DNA of 64,000 bases. Origin: Ramazzottius varieornatus. Lineage: Eukaryota > Animalia > Tardigrada. Positions 28,349 through 41,200 of the stretch are shown here, piece by piece. The position numbers and the translations under genes were made by a program. Each line of letters opens with the position of its first letter. The first letter of the stretch is position 1. The stretch spans positions 2,111,663 to 2,175,662 of the forward strand of contig BDGG01000003.1 in assembly GCA_001949185.1 (NCBI GenBank), written 5' to 3'. A model generated the notes under the pieces. It was not told the origin of the DNA. It worked only from the letters and a program-made list of their open reading frames with translations, and made no database searches.

Positions 28349-29200
28349 TCAGTAAGTCGTCTGAACCCGCTTCTTCCGTTCCTCGCCGAATTTCAGCAGA
28401 AAAGAATGGTTCGCACCGCGAGCCGTAGGCCGGGGGCGAGACAGTTTCCAGCCTTCCCAGTTCCCATCCGATTTCATCGGCAGGAAGCCGGATAGAATCT
28501 GATTCTGATGACTTCTTCTGGATCTCTTTGTCATTCAGCACGTGCACAATGGCGAAACGGACGGAGGAGCAGTTAGGGAAGAGCAGTTCGATTGCCTGAA
28601 ATGTCGTCATCTGCGCAGACGATGCGTTGACAGCGGTGATTTGTTGGTTCACAAACGTCGCCGGTGAGAGTGTTCGTTACTGGATTTCGGTCTGGAGATA
28701 CGAGGCGCTCAGAAGATTGAGTTCGGCTTGGAAGGCCTCCATTTCGAAAGGGAGGACGATAGGTCGAAACATGCAGATGAATATGCCGCAAATGAATATT
28801 CCTGGGAAGAGGCTGAGGTGGCGTACGGTCCGGCTGTGGAAGTCGACCCTCCAAAGTCGAAGACTAGCCTGTCTGTAGAAACCGTCATGAAAATGTGGGC
28901 CTGGAGTTTCTTCTTCGCCTGGTTCTTCCAACCATCCCGTAAATGATTAGCGTTAGTTTGTCTGTCCATAAGGAATATTTTAAATTGGTTTCGCGAGAAA
29001 GCAGGTTCAAATCGCTACCTGCGTACTTTCTCACCATGATCTGGCACGGTTCCAGTGTATGTAGGTGCGTGAGTCATAGCTTAAAGGGGTTTCTGCGCCG
29101 TCGACTTGCACCTGCATACTTCTGCGTTCGGGTAAGTACACAGCTGGGTGTATGCAGATTCTGTCGTGCGATGGTGACTTTTTCGTGTTTGCAGTTTACG

Positions 29201-29873
29201 ATGCGGCGATGCTTACTCTTTCGCTGATGGCGATGTTCGTGTTCCGCTGCAGAGGATCAGGCAGCGCCTTCGAGGGTGTTACTCTCATCAACGAGACCAC
29301 CGAAGATGTGGACATAGAAGTCCAGCTGCTGGACAGCGGAAGATCTTCGTACATCGAGTTCGGGGAAAAGAGATCTTTCGGTGTTCGGGGTGCCAACAAA
29401 CAACCACCATCAAAGAACGGATCTTGAACTGCTGCTATGGAGTCATCAAAGACGGTCGAATCTTGAAGCATTCAGTGCCGGACAGAGAGCCCATCTTGAA
29501 CGATGACGGCCGGCCATGTGGAACGTCCTATTTCGGTAAAGGTGGAACCCTCTACTTTCAAGCGGACGCCGTGAAGGCTAGTGTGAAACTGTGGCTCACC
29601 GAAGCTTCCGGACAGACAGTCTGGTACCTCATCCGTATGCCGACCTTCATCAAGCTCAAGAAGATTGTGGTTGGCCCGAACACCATCACATTCAAACGCA
29701 AGAGCGACGAGCCGAGACCCTGTGTTCGCGAAGAACGTCCTTGGGAACAAGTCAAGGAAGAGGAATTCTACTTCGTCAGTACTCGCGAAGAAGTCGGCGC
29801 AGAAATTAACTTCGGAATCAATCCTGAAGCCAGCGAAGGGGTTGTCGTGGAAGTTGAATGTAAAAGAGGTTGA
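29201..29873 (+). pseudogene. Frameshifted ORF for an uncharacterised, probably secreted protein
   Basis: Signal-peptide-like start (MRRCLLF/SLMAMFVFRCRG). Adding one base near 29220 and one near 29340 joins three frames into a ~225-aa protein ending ...VVVEVECKRG. Confidence 0.45.
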
Positions 29874-30387
29874 CAAGTAGCTCCCTGACTGTTTCATGTG
29901 TTCCATGTATTCCGCTTCCCTTTCACTGACTCAACAATTGGTATTATTATTTAAAGCTCTGGTCAGACTAGCCTAACACTATTTGCCCATTCGAATCCCC
30001 GAATTTGCTCTCTGATTTCCGACCTTCGCTGTCGTGTTCGGTCGGACCGCGCTCCCTGTTTCTGTGTTACTTTTTACTCTAGATGGTTCCTCAGGCTCAG
30101 CAAACTTCTATCTGAGTATCTGAGAACTGGGAACTCTCAGGGACATTCATGATTGTCTCATGTCTATTACTGCTGCAAGCCATAACCGAACTTTCAGTCT
30201 GCTCCATTACAGTCATGGACAATATCGGTACAAGCACGAGAGGCCTAAAGAATAAAACTCACGTTAGGTAAAAAAGCAACCGGGACGTTAAATAGTAGGT
30301 AGAAAACAATGGTCGCGACAATCTCAGAGAAAAGCGGGGCATTCCACCGCATAATGAAATTCCTCTGTAATTATCAAACCTCGTGCA

Positions 30388-33325
30388 CTACGAAGCCATC
30401 TCAAGTAATTTATCGATAGTTTCTTGCGTTTGGTCCCGAGGAAACTGCCCAGGACCTTGCACCATCTCTCGACAGGTGTCCAAGAACCCAGCTTGCTCCA
30501 CCGACAGGTTGGGCTTCAGGATGGCCATCACTTGTGGCACGAGCTTCCCTGGTGCTTCTAGCGGAGTACCTGTCTTCTTGAGGAAGAGAGCTAGACAGCA
30601 AAGTCGAAGCGCTGTCGCAACGTCTTGAGCACTTCGGATACCTTCGAGAAGCTGCTTCCGATGTTCTTCGATCATGGTGGCCTCTTTCTTCTTATCTACG
30701 TTCTTGATAGGCATACCCAGTGCGTCACTCTCTGTGAGGTTGAGGAGGGAGGTCTCGAATGTTTCGATGCTGTCAGCGCTGGATGCGCTATTGCACTTGT
30801 CGAAGAGGGACTTCTGAGGTTCAGGAAGCTTCAGGATCAGTTTGGTCCTCGCCTAAAGAACTCCCAAGTTATTTCGATGTCGCAGACGAACATTCTTCAT
30901 AGAGAGTTTTTCACCAACTTAATTGCGTCCTCGTAGTGAAAGGCGAAATTCAACCCAACGCCCAAAATAACAGCATTAGTAGCAAAGCGCTCGCTTACTT
31001 CCGGTGTGAAGTCTGTCTTTTCCGGAATGGCCATGCCCAAGTCGTCCATAACAAGCAGCAACAGCGGGTTCATGATTTCCGAGCCGATGTTTCGAAGAAG
31101 CAACTTCGACAGTTGCTTCTTGTCCGCAGCTAAAACAAAAAAATTATTTTGATATCTCGAATAATCCAAAGATTGTTTTTAGAGCGAAAGCTAAACTACC
31201 AGAGGAGAAGTGCTCGATGCCTTTACTGAACAGTCTCATCAACCACACCGTGGTGTTGATCTGGTCTTGTATAGACTTATGAGACTGTTTCCTGTCATTG
31301 ACGGAAGACGCCGCAATGGCTCTTGCTTTCGTATCCAGCGAGTGACGATACTGCGCCACGAGCGTACTCTGAATGGACTCCGCTATCGAGTTCAGCAGTT
31401 CATAGGGAGCCTCCTTGTAAATCTTCTGAAGTTCCAAGACGATCTGGGCAGTCTTTAGAAAGTTCGGTGGTTGAACAGAGCCTTCATCTTGCTCACTATC
31501 CTTCCGACTTTTCCCCTGGGTCTCTTTTTTACCGGGTTGCTTCTTGCCTTTCCGGTCTTTCTTCGACGAGACCATCGAATCTGTATCGTCATCTGCTGGA
31601 TGAAGAAGAGCTTTTCATGTTTACTGGAAATTCAAAAAGGTGCTGAATGCAATACAGGACGTCGACAAATGACTTAAACGTGATCGTCTTCCCAACTGGC
31701 GCACACATCCAGGCAATAACAATTAAAGTGCGCCACTTGACATAACGATCATTTTCAGTTCATTTTTCGTCCCACTTATGTTCGAGAAAGTTACGAAAAA
31801 AGTTTGCACCACCTCATTTTGTCATAGCGAAAGTTCAACAACTGTTGGACATTCGGCCTACCGGCTTTCTTCGCGGCAGAAGTTGAAGCCATCAAAATGG
31901 ACGAATGTTTCACAGCTTCCTCCTCCGTCACTTTCTCAATTAGACTCTCGAACTGTTTTGCACTGTCTTCCAGCATTTTATCCGCCAGAACGAACGTATC
32001 GTTGACTAGCCTAACCCCCTTCAGTTTCTTACTACTGATCAAGTTCGTGACGACCTCCGCCACATCTGCTTCATCCACGCCAGCCGGCAAGAGCCCTGAC
32101 ACTTCCGTCCAGGTTCCACTACTGGCCACATCCTCGATGCCATTCTCGACCTGGTCCAACACGCTCTCCGGAACGATGCATGTGGTGAGGAAAAGGAAGT
32201 CGGCGGTGGAATAGCGGTTCTTGAGGAAGGCTTTCGGCTCGGAGATGTCGAGTTTCTTGACTGCATCGTATGGAATGTATCTGTTTGATTTGAGGAAAGC
32301 GTCGACCCACGCGTTTTGTGCTGTGATATAGACGTGTGGAATGAAGATCGACTTATCTTTACTGCCTTTCCCCGAAAGAGTACCGCTGACTTCCCCCAGC
32401 GTTATCAGCTCTTCCACGACCACTAAAGATAAGAGGAAATTGGGAAAAAACGATGGAATTGTATGGGAATGAATTAACTACCAGCTGTGATTCTCTCGTT
32501 AAGAGAATGTTCCTTGATGAGGTTCTGGATCGGAACGGGACGGCAAGACGCATTGAGAGCTCCGCGAAGGACAGCTCGGTGACGAGCGACGAGCCAGTCC
32601 GTCAGCAGGATCCTCGGGTTGGAAGTGTCGCGTTGACCATGGATGCGCATGCCGAGATTCTCGTTGACGATACGAAGGAGGAAGTCTCCTGGAAGATCGA
32701 ATACCAGCGTCAGGTCGGCCAAGTTGACAATGCCTTTTTCTTGGAGTTTCTCGTTGACTTGATCGGCCATAGAGGCGATGTAGTCCCTAATATATTTAGA
32801 AGGTTGATACAAGGCTCAGAATGAAGGTCAGAACTAAAAAGGAGGAAGGATCTACGTACGAGCTGATCAGTTGACCCAGAACGAATTGCAATGACGAGTC
32901 ACTCTTGGTTAGTTCCTTCGCTGCGTTTTCGATATGGGAAAGATCAACGTTCAACGCCTGGGCTATGTCGACAACGTTAACGCGTCCTCCACTGATGTAA
33001 ATTTCATCGCGAATTTCACGAAGAAGGTGTTGAGGAGTGATGTACTCTTTCCCATCGGTCGTGTAAATGACATCCAGCAGCTTCAACTTCATCAAACTTG
33101 TGACGATCTCGATACAGTTTCTCTCCGACAACCTATGAAAAAAAGCAGTGTCGTGAAGTAGAGCGACGAGTAGGATATCGTACGGTGACCGAGAATATAA
33201 CGTACTCTCGCAGAGCATGATGGATGTCCTAATGTCCTCTCTTACCTTTGCGCACTGGTGCCTTGTTGGACGCGTTGAAAGTCCGTGGCCAGACGACGCA
33301 CTTCTTCCCACGTACTTACAGCCAT
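30388..33325 (-). CDS. UFL1: E3 UFM1-protein ligase 1, multi-exon
   Basis: MAVSTWEEVRRLATDFQRVQ...RLSERNCIEIV...YTTDGKEYITP...GGRVN...LVLGQLI, FIPHVYITAQNAWVDAFL, and C-terminal PLEAPGKLVPQV. Confidence 0.95.
31659..31773. repeat. Hairpin/MITE family A copy 4 (UFL1 intron)
   Basis: GATCGTCTTCCCAACTGGCGCAC-N23-GTGCGCCACTTGACATAACGATC. Confidence 0.7.
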
Positions 33326-34116
33326 GGTGACAGTCTGGGATGGTCGGTGGACAGCTTGATTTCTTAGATCAGCGTTCCTTTCCGGAGCGAGACGAGTTCA
33401 GATCGCGGGGATGGATCATGGACAGCGTGGACGTCGTGGTTGAGAACCTGATGAAAAACGGACACTGATGTGCTGCTGAAACCCGCGTTGCTGGAAGGAA
33501 GAACGCCGCAAAGTATGCTTTACATCATGCGTCAAGGCGCAACGCGGGGCAGATTTTAGTCATGACGTACGAATTCTGCGACATACATGACTGTTAATTT
33601 AAGCGAAAAGCCAGATCAGTCAATCAATCGAAGCTACAGATTGAACATGAAGGAAGAAAAGCGATCCTTCGGTTGATTGACTGTACCACTTAGCTCGAGA
33701 TTTAAAAAAGCATCGTTACCGGCATTCGATGTCAAGGTTTCCTGTATACGAGTCCCAGCTCCGGTAATTTTATGTTCGCCATTTTCAGTTTGCGCGTTTT
33801 GACTTACCATGCTCCCACAGACGCACGGTTCAGCAGCACTACAGTGGTTTAAAATGGAAATATTTCCGAATAAAAAGCCTGATCGTTCAAATCAAGCTCA
33901 TAACCACACGTATCAATCAAGTGATCACATAAACACGAGGGGGGAATGCCGGCCCGTTGCGTGCTAGATCCGCCTGGACCGAGTCTGACGCCCTAGGCCA
34001 AGGTTGTTGTTCTCCTGCAATTATCAGCTGATGGAGGCGATGCGAAGATTTAGGAGGGGCTAGCTATGCTCTACCGCTTCGCCCCGCATAGCCAAATCGG
34101 AATGTTGCGAGCAGTG

Positions 34117-34349
34117 CACTGACCATGGGTGGCGGTGCAATAGAATCTTCAGACCAGCCCCTGGCCATAAGCAGTGACAGCTGGGCAAATGACCCCCTGT
34201 ACCAACCGTTGACTTGACTACTATTTGCAAACCACAAGACTGCAGCATGCTCTACGGCGATCAGGAGTTGAGTGGCCACCTGACGCTGTCTCTTCTTGCA
34301 GCCAGGTGCTGGTCTGAAGATTCTAATGCGCAGTCACCTATGGCACTGA
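34117..34349. repeat. Inverted repeat (~45-bp arms) in the UFL1/NOP58 divergent intergenic region
   Basis: TAGAATCTTCAGACCAGCCCCTGGC (34141-34165) is inverted to GCCAGGTGCTGGTCTGAAGATTCTA (34301-34325), with imperfect extension. Confidence 0.55.
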
Positions 34350-34610
34350 CGACCGGCTGAACATCGTGCTGCACAAAGTTGATTTGCTTGATTGCTGCCA
34401 GAACATCTGATTGATTAATTGATGGGCACTACTATCAGTTTGTTGCAGCAAGATGTGCAGCAGCTCGTCGGTGGTTGCGAGTTGCGACATCAACTTGTAT
34501 CTTATAACTATTTTTTCTCGACTCTTGTTTTACAGTCCCGTTCGGACATCTTGCTATCCTCCTTTTAACCTGTGCGATTCTTCTTATTCGACATCACAAG
34601 AAGCTTCAAG

Positions 34611-37600
34611 ATGTTGGTGCTTTACGAGACTTCGACCGGATACGCCGTCTTCAAGGTAAGTGCTGAACAGAAATTTGTGGTCCCGGTTTACGAGGGCCGG
34701 TTGGTCGGATTTTAATACCGGCTGAAAATTAGTGCTTGGCTGTACTCTGAGGAGCAAACTATCCTACTGCATCATAACATGCTTCATGTTTTAGCTCTTG
34801 AATGAGAAGAAACTGCAACAGATTGACAATCTGTACGATGAATTCCAGTCTTTCGACAAGGCTAGCAGCATGTACGTTTGTTTCTGGAACTAAATCCGCT
34901 TCTAGATCGCTCTTTCGCTCTTGAAAAGTTATCTGATCCTCGGCTGTCTTTCCAGCGTTCAACTGCAGAAATTTTACAAGTTTGGGACGACGGAAGATGC
35001 GATGAGCGGTAGGTTTCCGTGTTGAGAGCAGAAGGCGCAGTATTGAACCGTATTGATTGTTGATTGACCTATGTATTTTCTTGTAGCTGCGACTGCCGCG
35101 GTCGAAGGCAAAATTGGAAAGAAACTGAAGAAAGTTCTGAAGAAAATCGTGGCGGAAGACGCGCACGAGCAGTTAGCAGTTGCAGATTCTCTCCTTGGTA
35201 AAGCTATCAAGGTACGCTGTCGGTCCAAACTCGATTACCGAGCCGCGGGAAAGATTGTTCATACTGTTGGGCGTTTGAAAGACCGTACGAACCACGTTAA
35301 AAAGTTCTCTCATCTTTCAGGACAAATTCAACATCACTTGTGTTGCTAATCCCTCCATCAGCGAGCTGATGCGATGCATCAGAACGCAGACTAACAACCT
35401 CATAACAGAAGTCTCAGAACGAGAAAGCACGGCCATGTCGCTTGGTCTGGCTCACGGGTAAGAAACGAAACTACAGTAACTCTCGATTATGAAGGGTTGT
35501 AACTTGCTCATGATGGATAAACATAAGTGGAGACTGAATACTCTTGCTGAATAACTTCGTCACTACCTCTGAAGCAATCAGCCATGTTGAAAGAGCCGAG
35601 TTGCGAGGTGCAGTTCCCATGCTGACAGCGCTCTTCGGTCTTTGTAGGTTATCTCGGTACAAGTTGAAGTTCAGCGGAGACAAGATCGACACCATGATCA
35701 TCCAGGCAGTTTGTAAGTGCAGTCTCCGTAACCCCAGAAAAATATTTTTGTCGCACAACACGTGGAAGCTTCCTGTTGGGTTTCCGGTCGAACGTTCTCT
35801 GTCGCTTTAGCTCTACTTGACGATCTCGATAAGGAGCTGAATAACTACATCATGAGGTGTAGAGAATGGTACGGATGGCATTTCCCCGAATTAGGTTCCG
35901 TCGTCCAGGATCACGCTGCCTACATCAAGACTGTCAAGAAGATTGGTAAGAAATTCGCACTCTCTTTTTGCCATCACGCATAAAACTGGACTGATATTTC
36001 TCTGCAGGTATGAGGACGGCATCCATAACGATGGACCTGTCAGATATTCTCCCTGCCGATTTGGAGCAGAAAGTCAAAGATGTAGCGCAGATTTCGATGG
36101 GTACAGAAATCAGTGACGAAGATATCGTCCACATCAGCAGTCTCTGCGACCAGGTAATTTCGGATGGGCTCTTGAGTATTGAAGGCTGAACTTATGCGAA
36201 GTCGTGACAGTAAAGGATGAACAAAATTATTATCATTGCAACAAACCGATTCAGTATTTGAGGAACGTAGGGTACTGAAGCTGCTGGTCGTACCACGAAT
36301 AGGACACTGTGGTAATTCCCTGACTTTTGAACGAATGCAATCTTTCTTTCTGTTTTCAGATTATCGATATGCAGGACTATCGTTCCCAGCTGTACGAGTA
36401 CCTCAGAAACCGGATGGCTGCCATTGCACCCAATTTGACGGTTCTCTTGGGCGAACTGGTCGGAGCTCGCCTGATTAGCCATGCCGGTATGCTTTTCTTA
36501 GGGTCGCGTCGTTGGATAAGAATATTATTTGGGGGCGAAGGATGAACAGAAAGTTTTTATCATTGCAACAAACTGAGTGAAGATTGAAGATTGTAGGGTT
36601 CTGAAGTTTTGAGAGCTGGGTGGTATTTGTAGAAATTTGTTTGGTATGGGTTACTGATTGAAAATGCTTGCAGGTTCTCTGATGAGTCTGGCCAAGCATC
36701 CTGCTTCCACCATTCAGATTCTCGGTGCCGAGAAAGCCCTCTTCCGCGCCTTGAAGAAGAAGCACGACACACCAAAGTATGGTCTGATCTACCACGCTCA
36801 GCTGATCAGCCAGAGCAGCCCAAAGATCAAGGGAAAGGTAAGGCGTGTGAGGAAGTATTGAACACTCTAGCGTTCGTCTCTTTACTTTCAGGTCTTGATG
36901 GGAAGTTAAGAGTGCGGTATGCGATTCTAACGATTCGGTTTGCTTTTAGATGTCTCGAATGGTCGCTGCGAAAGCTTCGCTGTCAATCAGAGTGGACGCT
37001 CTGGCGGAGACGGAAGATGCCGACCTGGGAACCCTTCAACGCGGCTACTTGGAGAACAAGGCTAAAGAATTGGAGTCTGGCGAAGCTGGAAAGATGGGCA
37101 AGTTTGGAAGCGCTCGAAAGTTCGACAAATATGAAAATAAGAGGTGAGTTTTCGCTTATTTCGCATTTATGCACTAGTACAGTCATGCATCGTATTGTTT
37201 CCTTCTCGTTACAGTCAAGTATGGCAGTACCAGTCCGGTAACGACAGCACGATGACACCCGGCAAAGGACAGAAGGACTTCTTCGACCAGTCACCGGCAC
37301 CTGGCAAGCTGAAGAAGATTTTTGGCGAAGACGATGTCAAGCAGGAAGAAGTTGTGCCAAATGGAGGAGCCAATGGGGCTGGTGAGACTTCCGGTATGAC
37401 TTTTTGTTTTTTTCTGCGTCTGGGGCCATGCGTGAGAAAGATTTCAACTGATGGTTGTACTGTGGTTACAGAAGAGCCTTTGTCTGGTAAGAAGGATAAG
37501 AAGAGGAAGCACGCTCAGGCAGAGGAAGCCGAAGCGCAGCCTGCTGAAGATACAGGTGAGGGTTGAATCGAGCTTGGTACCGAAGTACCATGATGGGCTG

Positions 37601-37704
37601 GTGAAAATGAATGAGCTTTAGCTGTTGCAGAGAACGCTGGAGATGTGGAGTCGTCGGGCAAGAAGAAAAAAAAGAAGAAAGTCAAGACGGAGGCCGAAGA
37701 ATAA
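34611..37704 (+). CDS. NOP58: Nucleolar protein 58 (box C/D snoRNP core), multi-exon
   Basis: [102 protein letters not shown] and a KKE-rich tail. Confidence 0.97.
35504..35577 (+). ncRNA. Intronic box C/D snoRNA, SNORD70-like (predicted guide for the 18S Am512 equivalent)
   Basis: Terminal stem TTGCT/AGCAA, C box ATGATGG (35510) and D box CTGA (35569). The 13-nt guide TTCGTCACTACCT is exactly antisense to conserved 18S AGGUAGUGACGAA. Confidence 0.85.
36208..36283 (+). ncRNA. Intronic box C/D snoRNA candidate, paralog 1 (28S guide)
   Basis: C-like box AGGATGA, TTATCATTGCAACAAA-CCGA (D'), GTAGGGTA-CTGA (D) and a CAG/CTG stem; paralog in the next intron. Confidence 0.7.
36533..36610 (+). ncRNA. 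Intronic box C/D snoRNA candidate, paralog 2 (28S guide)
   Basis: AGGATGA...TTATCATTGCAACAAA-CTGA...GTAGGGTT-CTGA; boxes and guides are conserved with paralog 1 while spacers diverge. Confidence 0.7.
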
Positions 37705-38283
37705 GTTGGTTTTACTTGAAGTTCTTCGCATTTTGTTAAATTTTACGACGGTTGTATCAGGACCTATTGATGAATAGGCACTGGTTGCATTGTTCGATAA
37801 TTTGTATGGTAAACTTCTGTGTGAGAAGGTGGTCATTATTTTGTTACTACTTTTCGCGAGACGGACGGACGGACTTCAGCTGATCAAAATTTCGAAGGTT
37901 AACCCTATTCACCGTTTAGTATTCATTTTCCATCTGCACCAGAATGTGCACTCCGAACAAAAAGTAAAAACTGGAATCGTACAGGATCAAAAGGTAAAAC
38001 GAAAGAAAAAATCAGTATCGGTCTGCGGAATGCTTAAACAATTTCGGAACTCTAAACTAGAGCGGTTCACGGACCGCATCAAAGAAGTGAACCTTGAAAA
38101 GCTTTAAAATGGAGTATAAAACTGGAAGAAGGGGTAGAGAATAAAAGTGGAAGTACTGCGCCCGTAACTTTCAGAACCCAATAACAAACGGACTACCGAA
38201 GTGGCGAAGTCTTTACTGCAACTGACTTACGAACTGACTTCCGGGAGGACCACAGTGCGTCAGTGGCGGTGCCAGACCTTCGT

Positions 38284-41200
38284 CTAATGAGGAACTATCG
38301 TGGCGTAATCGGGAACTCCCGTACCACTGTCTGGAACAAATCGAACAGCAAAGTAACTTAGCAAGCGGAAGACATAACGTGCTCAGGCTTATTAGTGGTG
38401 AAGAGGAGAGAAAGCAGGCTTGTTTGACACTCACAAGGAGGAGCAAGGTATGGCATCGGTTCAGCATATGGCGCGGGAAAGAAAACACTCTGACCAGATT
38501 GCCCGTTCCAATTGGGCGAAGGGAGTCCACCGTACGGACTCATAATGCCGGTTGCACCAGTACAGACAACCGGAGACAGCTGCTCAAGTGGAGTGGGGAA
38601 AGATCCGAAGTCCAAGAAAGAAGCACCTAGAAGAACGAGAGTAGTGTTTTTCAATTACAGTTTTTTCTTCAACCTTGTCAATCAAAAATTCCTCCTCCGG
38701 TTCCAGTCAGTTTCGATAAGCCACGCTGCACGAACCGTTTTGAGCGAAGGGCGAAGGCGGCTCACGAGCCGTCGGCAGCGTAGGAAATGCCAAAGCGAAC
38801 CCGTGGTTGAGCAGCGCGGGAATGATGAGCCCTCCCGTGGAATCCGGGATAGCTGTTACATACATGGAGCCGTCCGTATGCTGCATGATATCCTGTACAT
38901 CTGGTTGCGGAACCGGCAATGAGCTCTTGCTGAAGAAGCGTAAGCAAGAAACACGTTAGGCCCATACTACAGTCTCCCGCATTTAGGACGTCGGCAAACG
39001 CTTTTATCCGATCGATTTCCGAAGTGGCGCACAATTTCACTGTTATTGACTGAGGGAGTGCGCCACTTGAAGAGTCGACAGACTGGGTTCTCGACGTGAT
39101 GCACGCTCTCAACCAGTAACAATGAAAAGTTCCGCCACTTGAGATCGGAATTTAGCTCATTTGCCGACGTCTCATCGAAACAAGCTTTTTGATCGATATA
39201 CAGTAGAAAATTGCAGCTGCATCCTACCGAAAGATGTAACATCCGAACTGAACGGGCATCCCGGAAGCCATCAAAGCGCCTAGGTATGGATCGATCAGGA
39301 CTTGAGGGACGATGCAGCGCTGTACTGGATGAACCTCTTGTTGTTGTAGCTGGAAAGGTGGTAGGTCCGCTGGAGCGGGGAAATCCAGACCGACGTTACT
39401 GGCGCAGTGGTGCTCACGATGTTGTGGTTGCCGTGCAGGAACATTGGCCGTATACCGCTGCTGCTGGGGAACCGGCCCTGGTCGTGGCTTCGGCGGGGTG
39501 ACTTTCGGGGCACTCTCGACCTTCTGCTGGTGGACTGTAGCTTCCTGAGGCTTGGACCGCTTGGCCACAACTAATCCACGATTGGCCCAACCTGGAAACA
39601 GACGAAATCAAAATTTGCTGGCATATCTTGCCTTTTGTGTTTCATTAAAGTTCCGTCCTTTTTGTAACAAGAGGACCTAATCAGAGTTTTCGTAGAAAAA
39701 GGGCAGAAACAGGAAGTCGCTAGCTAACTTCTTAAAACTGGTTGGGAAGTTTCTACACAGGGTAAATTTCAGCACAGAACAGTACTGTCCTTCCAGATCT
39801 ATTCGAACGTACTTCCGGGTCGGCTCTCACGAGGTAACGGAAGATCGGCCAAGACGCCGCTAGCTATCGCATCGCTGAGGAGCTTCAGAACGATGGCTGG
39901 CTCCTTTTCCTGTCCATGGATTTGTTCACCCAAAACAGCCTTCCGGGATACATCGATGCTACAGAAAAGTCAAAGGCGTCCTGAAACATCCAACACAGAT
40001 AAAAATCATAAGATTCCGACAATAAAACTTACGCGCCGACCGAAGCGATGAAAATTTCAATATCGCCGTTCTCTTTCACTTCCTGGATGAGGCCCGTCAG
40101 AGCTTGGACATCCTGTGGATCGTTTCCGAGGGGGTTGTAGATTATCTTGAAAGAAAGACGAATTATGGCACGTGTGGTACAGTAATCAGACAAACAATGG
40201 GCCGTCGGCAAACGATTTCAGCATGATGATTAGTTAAAGTGGCGCACGTGTGCATTGTTTTTAGTCCAAAGTGTGCGCCACTGGGGAAAACACCAACGTT
40301 CAAGACATTTGCCGACGTTCCGAATATTTTAGATCTGGTACGTACCAGCACTTGTTTTCCGGTAGCGAACAGAGGACCATAAACCCGGCCGGTGTTTCGA
40401 AGTATGCGTTCTGTTAATTTTAGAAGAAACAACATAATTTAGCAATCGACCTCAACAATTCGCAATAGTTTCGAAGCTGTACGTGCTTCATTAATAGACT
40501 GTTCACCTTTCTTCTTATCCATCCATTGGTCGAAGTCAACGTTGCGGTAGATCTTGGCTTCGAGTGACTTGGCGACCTTGTATGGAAAGGCAGGTCCTAC
40601 AGCGTGGTACTCCCTTGCGATCAACCTAGCTTTCTGGAAGAAAAAATTTGTCCACATCGTTTTGCACTCCATTGTACTGTGAACTCTCAGGTGGTTTGAG
40701 CTGCAACCGGGATCGCAAATCTTACCAACCTCCGAGGTCTTTCCCAAGTCATGCTCGATGCTAGGTGAGCTCTTTGAGCTGGACGGAACAGTCTGCAAAT
40801 CGAAAGGACCCTCTTCTTGGAAGTTTTCACTGTCGCCACCCCTAAAAGGACAACGGACCTGCCGCTACGTGTCAAAGTGAGATACAAAAAACTGAGCCTA
40901 ATCCACCAATGGCAGTTTTGACTTAGCTAAAGACACAATTACTCTTCTGAGATGGCCGGCAGTTGGGATTCATGATGCAGCATCAAATGTTTCACCACCT
41001 CTACCTCCGTGTGGCCCATTCCGAGCAGGTCCTTGTACAGGATTTCATAAACGAGAGCTGAAAGAAGTTCGACGGTTAGTGACCGCACGAGGAACTTGAA
41101 GAGCCTTGCTGGGCACACAAACGTACAGCACCGTTATCTCGAGTGGCGCACCTTCCACTGTTACTGAGTGGTACGGTGCGCCACTGAAAATGAGGATCTT

